Origin: Patescibacteria group bacterium
Lineage (GTDB): Bacteria > Patescibacteriota > Minisyncoccia > RBG-13-40-8-A
Direction: 5' to 3'
Length of the DNA stretch: 53,302 nucleotides
Assembly: GCA_043807255.1 (NCBI GenBank)
Contig: JAZDGD010000010.1
Location: 1-53,302 of the forward strand
The position numbers were made by a program, and so were the translations under genes. Shown here piece after piece: positions 36,373 through 45,208 of this stretch (its first letter is position 1; every line of letters starts with the position of its first letter). A model generated the notes under the pieces. It did no database searches and was not told the origin of the DNA. It worked only from the letters and a program-made list of their open reading frames with translations.

Positions 36373-36404
36373 GTTTTTGTCTCCTTAAATTACATACTAC
36401 CACC

Positions 36405-37457
36405 TTATTTATTTTGCGTCAATTGACCGCAGGCAGCTTGAATCTCCGAGCCTAAACTTTTTCTAATTGTCGTGCTAATTTTATTTTTGATTAAAAAGTT
36501 TTTAATCCCCTGAACCTTGTTATAATCAGAAGCTTTTAGTTTTGAATCCGTAGAATTATATCGAATCAAATTAACATGCAATAAATAATTGTTTTGAATT
36601 GATTTTAAATATTTTAAAAGTTCTTCAACATCTTTTTCAGTATCGTTTATATCTTTGAGCAATAGATATTCAATAAATATTTTTCGTTTTGTAATTTGAA
36701 AATAATTCTCAATCCCCTGCTTTATTTTTTCTAAATCATATTCTTTATTAATCGGCATATATTGACTGCGTTTTTTGTTATTCGCAAAATGTAATGAAAT
36801 TGCCAAATTAATTTGTGAAAATTCTTTGGCAAAATCCTCAACTTTATCCATGACTCCCGAAGTTGAAACAGAAATACTACGCGAACCAAAACCAAACAAA
36901 TCTTCATTAATTAAGTCCAATAGTGCTTGTTCGACGTTCTCCCAATTTAAAAATGGTTCGCCCATGCCCATCAACACAATATTGCTAATCGCAATATTGG
37001 AATCTCTAATCTCTAATTTCGAATTTCTAATGTTACCCAAATATTGACGCCAAAATAAAATTTGATCAGTGATTTCTTCTGATGTGAGATTTCTTTTTAG
37101 ACCCATTTTGCCGGTGGCGCAAAATTCACAAGCCAGCGCACAACCTGCTTGCGACGAAACACATACTGACCACAATCCTGGCTTTGGTGAAATTAAAACC
37201 GTTTCAATAAAATTATCATCTTTTAGTCTTAATAATGCCTTAAACGATTTATTGTCTTTAGAAATTAAAAGATTCTCTTGTTTAAACGATAAAATTTGGA
37301 TTTCTTTGTCCAGTAATTCTCGCAAGTCCTTAGGAATATTTTTTATTTCTGAAAACGAACAAACGCCATCTTTATAGATGGCCTTTTTAATCTGTTCCAA
37401 CCTATATTTCGGCTGTTCATTCTCTTTCAAAATTTTCTCAAGTTTTTGTATATTCAT
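36405..37457 (-). CDS. rlmN: 23S rRNA/tRNA m2A methyltransferase (radical SAM)
   Basis: CALACEFCATG radical-SAM cluster, MGMGEP, and C-terminal AACGQL. Confidence 0.92.
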   Translation of the reverse strand: MNIQKLEKILKENEQPKYRLEQIKKAIYKDGVCSFSEIKNIPKDLRELLDKEIQILSFKQENLLISKDNKSFKALLRLKDDNFIETVLISPKPGLWSVCVSSQAGCALACEFCATGKMGLKRNLTSEEITDQILFWRQYLGNIRNSKLEIRDSNIAISNIVLMGMGEPFLNWENVEQALLDLINEDLFGFGSRSISVSTSGVMDKVEDFAKEFSQINLAISLHFANNKKRSQYMPINKEYDLEKIKQGIENYFQITKRKIFIEYLLLKDINDTEKDVEELLKYLKSIQNNYLLHVNLIRYNSTDSKLKASDYNKVQGIKNFLIKNKISTTIRKSLGSEIQAACGQLTQNK

Positions 37458-38549
37458 TTACGCATTGCTTTTAATTTCAATTACATCGCCATCTTTGATG
37501 ATGGCTTCCTTGCCTTCGGTGCGGATTAGACCTTTTTCGCGAGCATTTCCAAAACCGTTGGCATTTAGCAGGTCCTTCCAATTTACAACCTCTGCCTTAA
37601 TGAAACATCTTTCAAAATCAGTATGAATTACTCCGCCTGCTTGTGGTGCAGTACTGCCCCTGGTCAATGTCCAAGCACGAGTTTCATCTGCTCCTGTTGT
37701 TAAAAACGTGATCAAATCAAGCAATCTGTATGCTTCTTTAATCAATTCGTCCAACTTTGATAATTCTGATAAGCCCAATTCTTTCCTTTCTTCCGTGCCT
37801 AAATCGTTTGCCCCAAATTCACTTAAAATATCAATGATAATATATGGCCAATTTTTATCCTTGAAAACGTTTGTAATTTCGTCAGGAATTTCTTCTTCTT
37901 GACCATTCAATAAATACAAACGTTTTTTCATTGTCAAAAGTTGATAACTACGTAAAATAACTAATTCTTCTTCATCCCACCCCATTTCACTCAAAATTTT
38001 TCCAGTTTTTAAAAATTCCATCGCCTTCTTTAAAACCTCATTTTCTCCGCCAAAAGCTTTGCATTTTGACGGGCCCGCCTGCATCCCGCGGGTTGCGGCG
38101 GGCTTCTTCAGTCTCTCTAGGACATTCTCTACGGTCTCCAAGTCCTTCAAAGCCATTTCCGTATCTAAAATCTCTTTATCTTCTACTGGGTCAATTTTTT
38201 CACGAGTATTAATAATTTTTGCATTTTTAAAGCAACGCAAAACATATACAATAGCATCAACTTCTCTGATGTTGGCTAAAAATTTATTGCCCAATCCCTC
38301 GCCTTGACTCGCGCCCTTAACCAATCCAGCAATATCAACAAATTTTACGGTTGCATAAATCTTTTTTGCCGAATGAGTTAATTCCGCTAACTTATCAACT
38401 CGTTCGTCAGGAACAGCAACCACACCAATGTTTGGATCAATGGTGCAAAATGGATAATTTGCGCAATCTACTTGTTTTTTGGTGATCGCCTGAAACAGGG
38501 TTGATTTCCCCACATTCGGCAATCCCACAATTCCAATTGAGAGAGACAT
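37458..38549 (-). CDS. ychF: Ribosome-binding ATPase YchF
   Basis: GLPNVGKSTLF G1 motif, inserted helical domain, and C-terminal TGS-like HTDFERCFIKAEV. Confidence 0.93.
   Translation of the reverse strand: MSLSIGIVGLPNVGKSTLFQAITKKQVDCANYPFCTIDPNIGVVAVPDERVDKLAELTHSAKKIYATVKFVDIAGLVKGASQGEGLGNKFLANIREVDAIVYVLRCFKNAKIINTREKIDPVEDKEILDTEMALKDLETVENVLERLKKPAATRGMQAGPSKCKAFGGENEVLKKAMEFLKTGKILSEMGWDEEELVILRSYQLLTMKKRLYLLNGQEEEIPDEITNVFKDKNWPYIIIDILSEFGANDLGTEERKELGLSELSKLDELIKEAYRLLDLITFLTTGADETRAWTLTRGSTAPQAGGVIHTDFERCFIKAEVVNWKDLLNANGFGNAREKGLIRTEGKEAIIKDGDVIEIKSNA
38073..38103. repeat. 31-nt GC hairpin inside ychF
   Basis: GCCCGCC-T-GCA-T-CCCGCGGG-T-TGC-GGCGGGC encodes PAATRGMQAGP. Positions 38072-38085 are identical to 45628-45641. 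Confidence 0.9.
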
Positions 38550-38587
38550 ATCTTTATCCTATCAGAAATTATTAAAATTTGAAAGTT

Positions 38588-38625
38588 AAAAAAATCTTAC
38601 GAGGTTAAACCTCGTAAGATTTTTT
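38588..38625. terminator. Bidirectional-type terminator built on the GAGGTTAAACCTC core
   Basis: AAAAAATCTTACGAGGTT-A-AACCTCGTAAGATTTTTT is a perfect palindrome between rarA and ychF. Confidence 0.85.
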
Positions 38626-38628
38626 CCA

Positions 38629-38663
38629 ATAGATGCAATAGATGCATCTATAGATGCATCTAT
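38629..38663. repeat. ATAGATGCA x3, forming two overlapping ATAGATGCATCTAT palindromes
   Basis: Units at 38629, 38638 and 38650, immediately after the rarA stop. Confidence 0.8.
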
Positions 38664-38670
38664 CTTGTGC

Positions 38671-39894
38671 TTAATTTAAGTATTTTTTATTCTTTAATTT
38701 GTCCGGTAGATATTCTTGCTTTTCTTGATAATTGAAATCGGGAGAATATTTGTAGTCCTTTCCGTAATTTAAATCTTTCATTAATTTTGTTGGCGCGTTG
38801 CGGATATGCAGTGGCACGGGCAAATTTCCAAATTCTCTAACATCTTGCATTGCTTTTTCATAAGCCGTATATAATTCATTCGATTTTTTGCATTTTGCCA
38901 TATAAACAACTGCTTGTGCTAAAATTACTCCACATTCAGGCATTCCAATGAAATGACAGGCATTGTATGCGTCTACGGCCTGATTTAAGGCCATAGAATT
39001 AGCCAATCCTATATCTTCTGACGCAAATCTAACGATTCTTCGCGCAATATATAGTGGGTCTTCTCCGCCCTCTAACATTCTACAAAGCCAATAAATTGCT
39101 GCATTTGCATCGGACCCACGCATTGATTTGTGTAACGCAGAAATAATGTTGTAATGTTCATCGCCATTTTTATCATATAAAAGATGTGATTTTTGAAATG
39201 ATTCTTTAATAATTTCCGCAGTAATGTTTTTCGATAAAGATGAAGCATATTCCAAAACATTTAAAGCCGTTCGCGCATCGCCATTAGACATATGTGCCAA
39301 CAAATCAATCACCTTTTTGTCCATTTTCATTTTAAAATATCCCAATCCTTTTTCTTTATCCTTTATTGCCTGATTGATAATCTTAATTAAATGTTCTTTG
39401 GTTAATTGTTTTAAAACAAAAACTCTGCACCTCGAAAGCAGGGCTCCTACAACTTCGAAACTTGGATTTTCAGTTGTTGCGCCAATTAAAACAATCAATC
39501 CCCTTTCAACGTCCGGAAGCAAAGCGTCTTGTTGTTTTTTGTTCCAACGATGAATTTCATCAATAAATAGAATTGTTTTCTTGCCTAAACGTTCATTTTG
39601 TTTAGCAATTTCTACAATTTCTCTTAATTCTTTTAGTCCAGTATCAACAGCGCTAATTTTTTTAAAATCCGACTTTGTGGTTTTGGCAATAATATATGCC
39701 AAAGTTGTTTTACCGCTTCCCGGCGGACCCCAAAAAATCATTGAAGGCAATTGATCTGACTCAATCGCCTTTTTTAATAATTTATCATTACCAATAATTT
39801 CTTCTTGTCCAAGAAACCCATTCAACGTTTCTGGGCGCATTCTATCGGCTAATGGATTTGAAAAATGTTTCATAATTTTATAATTACAGGTCAT
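38671..39894 (-). CDS. rarA: Replication-associated recombination protein A (AAA+ ATPase)
   Basis: [26 protein letters not shown], and the MgsA C-terminal domain. An alternative start lies at 39873. Confidence 0.9.
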   Translation of the reverse strand: MTCNYKIMKHFSNPLADRMRPETLNGFLGQEEIIGNDKLLKKAIESDQLPSMIFWGPPGSGKTTLAYIIAKTTKSDFKKISAVDTGLKELREIVEIAKQNERLGKKTILFIDEIHRWNKKQQDALLPDVERGLIVLIGATTENPSFEVVGALLSRCRVFVLKQLTKEHLIKIINQAIKDKEKGLGYFKMKMDKKVIDLLAHMSNGDARTALNVLEYASSLSKNITAEIIKESFQKSHLLYDKNGDEHYNIISALHKSMRGSDANAAIYWLCRMLEGGEDPLYIARRIVRFASEDIGLANSMALNQAVDAYNACHFIGMPECGVILAQAVVYMAKCKKSNELYTAYEKAMQDVREFGNLPVPLHIRNAPTKLMKDLNYGKDYKYSPDFNYQEKQEYLPDKLKNKKYLN

Positions 39895-40591
39895 CTAGAT
39901 TGCACCCCCCACAGCCACAATTAAGCTTTCGGTAACTGGAAATATTGATTATTAAATCATCTTTGTTTCCAGTGAAAATAATTCTGTCTCCAGGCTCAAA
40001 TTCATTTTCTTTTAATCTGAACGACTCTGAAGGAAATATTGCATCTATAATTCTTCCATTTAAATCTATAATTTGTATTTCATTTTCATTAATTTTATGA
40101 ATTTGCCCTTGATAAGTATTGGGAAAATTAACTGGTTTTGGGCTATATAAGGAATCGTTAATTAAACAAGAGACTCCTCTGTGAAAAAATTCTCGGTGCA
40201 TTAAAACTCCACAAGCCGTACTAAAGATCAGCACAATTAACAAAGAATAAATTAATGGTCGTCTGTATGCAAATTTGAATCTTTTTACTAAATATTCAAT
40301 TAATAAAATTGCAAATAAAGTTACTGAAACAAAAACCCACGGCAAAGAATAAATTAAATATAAAACACCCATAAATCCTGTGGTTATTAAAAATTGAGCA
40401 CCATTATTTTTTAAGGAAAAAACCATAAAACTAATTAAAAACACCACAATCATAATTAAAATTATAATCGTCGCAACCATAAAAATAGCTTTTAGGGCAT
40501 AAGTAAATTTGGGATGCATTTTTAAATCACCCTTTTTGATTTCATTCAAAATTCTATCTTTTATTGAATTTTTTTCTTGATCATTGTTCAT
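39884..40591 (-). CDS. Membrane protein downstream of the ECF sigma (putative anti-sigma factor, by context only)
   Basis: The ATG at 40591 overlaps the sigma gene by 11 nt. It has several TM helices, a soluble C-terminal domain, and ends [11 protein letters not shown]. Confidence 0.4.
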   Translation of the reverse strand: MNNDQEKNSIKDRILNEIKKGDLKMHPKFTYALKAIFMVATIIILIMIVVFLISFMVFSLKNNGAQFLITTGFMGVLYLIYSLPWVFVSVTLFAILLIEYLVKRFKFAYRRPLIYSLLIVLIFSTACGVLMHREFFHRGVSCLINDSLYSPKPVNFPNTYQGQIHKINENEIQIIDLNGRIIDAIFPSESFRLKENEFEPGDRIIFTGNKDDLIINISSYRKLNCGCGGCNLDDL

Positions 40592-41147
40592 AGTCAATAT
40601 CAACGTTATTACAATTTAATTTTAACATTTCCTTGCCTCTTTTTAACCGAACTCCAACCGTTGAAACCGGAACGTGCATAATATCGGAAATTTCTTTATA
40701 GTCCATTTCTTCAAGATAGTACAACATTAAAACTTCACGATATTTGGGAGATATTTTTTCTAAACATTTATCGAGAATTCTTTTTGTCTCATCATCTTTT
40801 GTCCCACGATCCGTTTTTTCATTTGAGACCGGATGAGGGAAAATTGTATCTGGATCAAAAAACGGCAATGGCAATCTATCTTTTTTCCTTAAAACGTTTA
40901 TTAATTCATTATGCGCAATTCTATATGCCCATGGAGAAAATCTTTTGTCTATGTCAAAACTTTTAATATTAGAGTATATCTTGATAAAAATTTCCTGTGT
41001 TACATCTTTTATGTCTTCTGGGTTACTTAAAAACTTTCGCGCATATCTCTTAAATTTCTCTTCGTATCTCTCAATTAAAATTCCAAACGACTCAGGGTCG
41101 CCATTTTGCACTATTTTAACAATTTCCTCATCTGTGCGATTATCCAT
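40581..41147 (-). CDS. ECF-type RNA polymerase sigma-70 factor
   Basis: Region 2 (DVTQEIFIKIY...FSPWAYRIAHNELIN) and region 4 (YREVLMLYYLEEMDYKEISDIMHVPVSTVGVRLKRG). Confidence 0.88.
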   Translation of the reverse strand: MDNRTDEEIVKIVQNGDPESFGILIERYEEKFKRYARKFLSNPEDIKDVTQEIFIKIYSNIKSFDIDKRFSPWAYRIAHNELINVLRKKDRLPLPFFDPDTIFPHPVSNEKTDRGTKDDETKRILDKCLEKISPKYREVLMLYYLEEMDYKEISDIMHVPVSTVGVRLKRGKEMLKLNCNNVDIDYEQ

Positions 41148-41197
41148 ACTGCCATATATTATACATTAAATTAAATAAGATTGTTTCAAAAAAAACA

Positions 41198-42457
41198 TTA
41201 TTTGATGCCAGCACTTTCTCCTGCAATATATCCCGTTGTCCAGCAAACCTGTAAATTGTATCCGCCAGTTGGGCCGTCGAGGTCAAGTATTTCCCCAGCA
41301 AAATATAAATTATCTATTAATTTTGATTTCATCGTTTTTTGATCAATTTCACTCAATTTAACCCCGCCAGAAGTAATAATTGCTCTTTCGTGATCAGCCA
41401 ATGATTTCACTGTTAATGTAAATTCCTTTAAAAGATGGGTTAATCTTTTTCTTTCCTCCTTAACTATTGAACCAGATTTTTTACTGGGATTGATTTTAGA
41501 CAATTCTATGATAACGGGAATAAGTTTCTGTGGCAATAATTCATTCAAGCTATTTTTAAATAATTTTTTACAATCTTTTTGAAAATCATTTTGAATTCTT
41601 TGGTCGAGTTTTAAAAAATCTAATGCTGGTTTAAAATCTATTTTAATTTCAACATTGCCGGGTAGTTCTTGTCCAATTTTTTTACTCATATCGATGATAA
41701 TTGGTCCACTCATTCCGTCGTTTGTAAATATTGCCTCGCCAAACCTGGAGTCAATTTTTTTATTATCTTTATAAATACTGATTTCGACATTTTTTAAGCT
41801 CAATCCCTCTAATTCTTTAACTATTTTCTCTTTTACAATAATCGGCACAAGAGCCGACGAAAGTTTTGTAATTGTATGTCCCAATTTTTCGGCCCATTTA
41901 TATCCATCTCCGGTAGAACCAGTGCCAGAGTGCGACTTCCCTCCTGTAGCAATTATGAATTTATCTGCAATAATTTCTTCATTATCCGCAAGAATAATTT
42001 TTTCGATTTTATTGTTTACCCCGAGCACGATCGAGGGGTTTTTTATTATTTTTTTTACTTCTGAATTTAATTTTATTTTTACATTCGATTTTTTGAGATA
42101 GCCAACTAACGTTTCAAGCACATCTTCTGATTTATCGCTTATTGGAAAAACCCTCTCCCCTCTTTCAACTTTTGTTTTTAAATTAAGTTTTTCAAAAAAT
42201 TCTATTGTTTCCTTGGCCCCAAATCTAGAAAGAGCAGAAAAAAGAAATTCACCGTTTTTTCCGAGTTCATTTATAAATTTTCTCAAATTATTTTCTTTAT
42301 TTGTAATATTGCATCTCCCCTTGCCCGTAATCAAAAGTTTTTTCCCGAGATTCTTGTTTTTTTCAATCAAAACAACGCTGGCTCCTAATTCGCCAGCTTT
42401 TCCCGCAGAAATCATCCCCGCAGGTCCTCCGCCAATTACCGCTACATCGTATTTCAT
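41198..42457 (-). CDS. HI0933/YhiN-like FAD flavoprotein
   Basis: MKYDVAVIGGGPAGM from ATG 42457, with GKGRCNITN and the C-terminal AGEILDLDGPTGGYNLQ. Confidence 0.82.
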   Translation of the reverse strand: MKYDVAVIGGGPAGMISAGKAGELGASVVLIEKNKNLGKKLLITGKGRCNITNKENNLRKFINELGKNGEFLFSALSRFGAKETIEFFEKLNLKTKVERGERVFPISDKSEDVLETLVGYLKKSNVKIKLNSEVKKIIKNPSIVLGVNNKIEKIILADNEEIIADKFIIATGGKSHSGTGSTGDGYKWAEKLGHTITKLSSALVPIIVKEKIVKELEGLSLKNVEISIYKDNKKIDSRFGEAIFTNDGMSGPIIIDMSKKIGQELPGNVEIKIDFKPALDFLKLDQRIQNDFQKDCKKLFKNSLNELLPQKLIPVIIELSKINPSKKSGSIVKEERKRLTHLLKEFTLTVKSLADHERAIITSGGVKLSEIDQKTMKSKLIDNLYFAGEILDLDGPTGGYNLQVCWTTGYIAGESAGIK

Positions 42458-42550
42458 ACGTAATTTTATTGTATCAGATATTTCATCTATTGACAAGAAC
42501 TTATTTCTGATATATACTGTTATTATAATCAATAATTGAATCTCTTGATC

Positions 42551-42572
42551 GGGACCAATTGGTCCCTTTTTT
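42551..42572 (+). promoter_or_regulatory. Hairpin plus T-run in the leader of the DEAD-box helicase gene
   Basis: GGGACCAATTGGTCCC is followed by TTTTTT, 14 nt upstream of ATG 42586, in a divergent intergenic region. Confidence 0.45.
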
Positions 42573-42585
42573 ATTTACATAAAAT

Positions 42586-43788
42586 ATGAATAGAAGTTTC
42601 AACAACAAAAGAAGGCGTGTTGCATATCCCTCTCGATTCAAAACGAGTGGTTCTTCGGGTTACAGAAAAAGCAATCAACGTGGAGAATTTATAGATCCTC
42701 AAAAATTCATTAACAAGGCAATCATGAATCAAAAAGAAGAATGTTTTGTTGCTAAACATCAATTTCAAGATTTTAAAATTAATCAACAAATAATAAAAAA
42801 TATTGAGATCAAGGGATACGTTACCCCAACACCAATACAAGACCAAGTTATTCCGGCCGTACTTGATGGCCGTGACGTTGTTGGCATTGCCAATACCGGA
42901 ACAGGTAAAACGGCTGCCTTCCTTGTGCCACTTATTAATAAAATACTACTCAATCCAAAAGAAAAGGTTTTAATTGTTACTCCGACCAGAGAACTTGCCC
43001 TGCAAATAAATCAAGAATTTAAACTTTTTACTAAAAATATTAAAATCTTTTCTGTTTGTTGCGTGGGAGGTGCGAACCTTGCCAGACAGATCTCTGAGCT
43101 CAACTACAATTATAATTTAATCGTTGGAACAACTGGACGATTAAAAGATTTAATCGAAAGAAAGAAAATAAATTTATTTAAATTTAATACCGTCGTATTA
43201 GACGAAGTCGATCGAATGATGGACATGGGATTTATTAACGATACTCGTTTTATAATGAGCAACACTCCCAAAGAAAAACAGGTTCTTTTATTTTCGGCAA
43301 CTATTTCTAGTAAAATCGAAGATTTAATTAAAGATTTTCTTAAAAATCCAATTAAAGTTTCCGTTAAAACCAGAGATACCGCACAAAACATTGAACAAGA
43401 CATTATTAGAATAACAGATCGAACCAAAAAAGTGGACATTTTACACGATCTTTTAATCCAAGAAGAGTTTTGCAAAGTTCTTGTATTTGGACGAACAAAA
43501 CATGGAGTAGAGAATCTTTCTAAGATGCTTATACATCGAGGGCTAAAGGTGGAATCAATACACGGCAATAAAAATCAATCTCAACGACAACGAGCGCTTG
43601 AAATGTTCAAAGGAAATCGTATTCAGGTTTTAATAGCAACCGATGTTGCTGCTCGCGGACTTGATATTGACAACATAAGCCATGTAATAAATTACGATAA
43701 ACCCGCAACCTACGATGATTACGTTCATCGTATTGGAAGAACTGGCAGAGGAGACAAAAAAGGCAAATCACTGACATTCATCGAATAA
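42586..43788 (+). CDS. DEAD-box ATP-dependent RNA helicase
   Basis: Q motif, ANTGTGKTAAF, DEVD, SAT and HRIGRTGR. Confidence 0.92.
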   Translation: MNRSFNNKRRRVAYPSRFKTSGSSGYRKSNQRGEFIDPQKFINKAIMNQKEECFVAKHQFQDFKINQQIIKNIEIKGYVTPTPIQDQVIPAVLDGRDVVGIANTGTGKTAAFLVPLINKILLNPKEKVLIVTPTRELALQINQEFKLFTKNIKIFSVCCVGGANLARQISELNYNYNLIVGTTGRLKDLIERKKINLFKFNTVVLDEVDRMMDMGFINDTRFIMSNTPKEKQVLLFSATISSKIEDLIKDFLKNPIKVSVKTRDTAQNIEQDIIRITDRTKKVDILHDLLIQEEFCKVLVFGRTKHGVENLSKMLIHRGLKVESIHGNKNQSQRQRALEMFKGNRIQVLIATDVAARGLDIDNISHVINYDKPATYDDYVHRIGRTGRGDKKGKSLTFIE

Positions 43789-43808
43789 AAATCATAATCA
43801 ATCAAACT

Positions 43809-43842
43809 AAAAATCACCCCGATGTACATCGGGGTGATTTTT
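43809..43842. terminator. Bidirectional terminator between helicase and csp
   Basis: AAAAATCACCCCGATGTACATCGGGGTGATTTTT is a perfect palindrome. Confidence 0.88.
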
Positions 43843-43863
43843 ATTAACAAATTTAAAATAAAA

Positions 43864-44061
43864 TTAAATTCTATTTACATTTGTTGCGTTTGGTCCTTTT
43901 GGAGAATCTGCCTTGTCAAAAGACACAGCATCTCCGGTCTTCAACTCTTCGAAAGTTACGCCTTTAAGTTCATTTTTGTGAAAAAATAAATCTTTAGCCT
44001 CGCCTTCAACAGCAATGAATCCAAACCCTTTTTCGTTAAGGTTTTTGATTGTTCCGTTCAT
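43864..44061 (-). CDS. Cold-shock protein (CspA family)
   Basis: MNGTIKNLNEKGFGFI (RNP1) and DLFFHKNE (RNP2-like). The start is ATG 44061. Confidence 0.88.
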   Translation of the reverse strand: MNGTIKNLNEKGFGFIAVEGEAKDLFFHKNELKGVTFEELKTGDAVSFDKADSPKGPNATNVNRI

Positions 44062-44070
44062 GTTTTTTCG

Positions 44071-44088
44071 CCCCGATAGACATCGGGG
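44071..44088. promoter_or_regulatory. 5'-leader hairpin of csp, related to its terminator palindrome
   Basis: CCCCGATAGACATCGGGG lies 9 nt upstream of the csp ATG. Compare CCCCGATGTACATCGGGG at 43817-34. Confidence 0.55.
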
Positions 44089-44217
44089 TAAATTAATGAT
44101 TAACATTTTAAGGTCTTCCCTAAAGTTTGGTTTCAAAAATAAACTCGACTAAAATTTTATTAAGCAACCCACTTGTACTATATTAGTATAGCATACATTT
44201 AATAAACAATCAATGAT

Positions 44218-45189
44218 TTATGTCAAATATTTTTGTTTAATAATTTCTCTAAGGATTTCTTCCACTTTATCAATATTAATATTTTCTGTTGTTGAAATCG
44301 CAATTGCGTTTTTGCCAATAGCTTTTAGCTTTTCTGTTTTTTTATCAACTTCTTCCTTGCTCAATAAATCGCTTTTACTCAAAAAAACATATTCCGGTTT
44401 ATTTAACAATTCTTTGTTATGGGCCTTTAATTCATTTCTTACAATTTGATAATCTATAGTTGGCTCAATTGATTCTGCAGAAATAATATGAAATAAAATT
44501 TTAGTGCGTTCAATGTGACGCAAAAATTTAATTCCCAATCCCTTGCCCGTTGATGCTCCTTCTATAAGCCCAGGAATATCTGCTAAGATCAATTCATAAT
44601 AAACGCCAAGGTTTGGTTCAAGAGTTGTAAAGGCATAATTGGCCACCTTGCTCTTAGCATTGGTTAATTGATTCAATAAACTCGACTTACCAACGTTTGG
44701 TAGGCCAATAAAACCAATATCAGCGATTAATTTAAGTTCTAGGCGTAATTCACACTCTTCTCCTGGTTTTCCCTGTTCGGATTCGGTCGGACTAGTGTTT
44801 CTTGACGAACGAAATCTATAATTTCCTCGGCCACCCTTTCCGCCCCTTACAACCAACAAACGCTGACCAATAGAAACTATTTCCGTGTCTTCTTTGGTAG
44901 ATAAGTTATGAATTATTGTGCCAATGGGTATTTTTAAAATTAAATCTCCACCATTTGCTCCATCATTAAGTTGTGGTTTTCCTCTCTCTCCGTTTTCTGC
45001 TTTCAATTCTTTCTTGTGTTGAAATTGTCCCAATGCGCCCAGGTCTGACACGCCCTCAACGTAAACGCTACCACCGATGCCACCGCTTGAACCCGTTGGC
45101 CCTAACGACATCTTGTTAGTATTAAATGCCACAATTCCATCTCCACCATTGCCGGCTTTTACTTTAATTTTTACATCGTCAATTAACAT
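44218..45189 (-). CDS. obg: GTPase Obg/CgtA (short form)
   Basis: Obg fold (KVKAGNGGDG..., glycine-rich repeats) and G domain GLPNVGKSSLL, DIPGLIEGA. Confidence 0.92.
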   Translation of the reverse strand: MLIDDVKIKVKAGNGGDGIVAFNTNKMSLGPTGSSGGIGGSVYVEGVSDLGALGQFQHKKELKAENGERGKPQLNDGANGGDLILKIPIGTIIHNLSTKEDTEIVSIGQRLLVVRGGKGGRGNYRFRSSRNTSPTESEQGKPGEECELRLELKLIADIGFIGLPNVGKSSLLNQLTNAKSKVANYAFTTLEPNLGVYYELILADIPGLIEGASTGKGLGIKFLRHIERTKILFHIISAESIEPTIDYQIVRNELKAHNKELLNKPEYVFLSKSDLLSKEEVDKKTEKLKAIGKNAIAISTTENINIDKVEEILREIIKQKYLT

Positions 45190-45208
45190 ATATTCATTAT
45201 TTTAATGT

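Noticed and set aside
36221-36426. Alternative 60-65-aa ORFs overlapping the zinc-ribbon gene (36221-36403 minus, 36229-36426 plus).
   Set aside because: Only the 36190-36372 frame has an SD at proper spacing, a CPxCG...CxxC zinc-ribbon pattern, and a terminator right after its stop.
38629-38663. Possible CRISPR array (ATAGATGCA repeats); the GAGG palindromes were also considered as CRISPR repeats.
   Set aside because: The units are 9-14 nt and directly abutting with no spacers. The GAGG palindromes are dispersed singly or in pairs kilobases apart. No cas genes are present.
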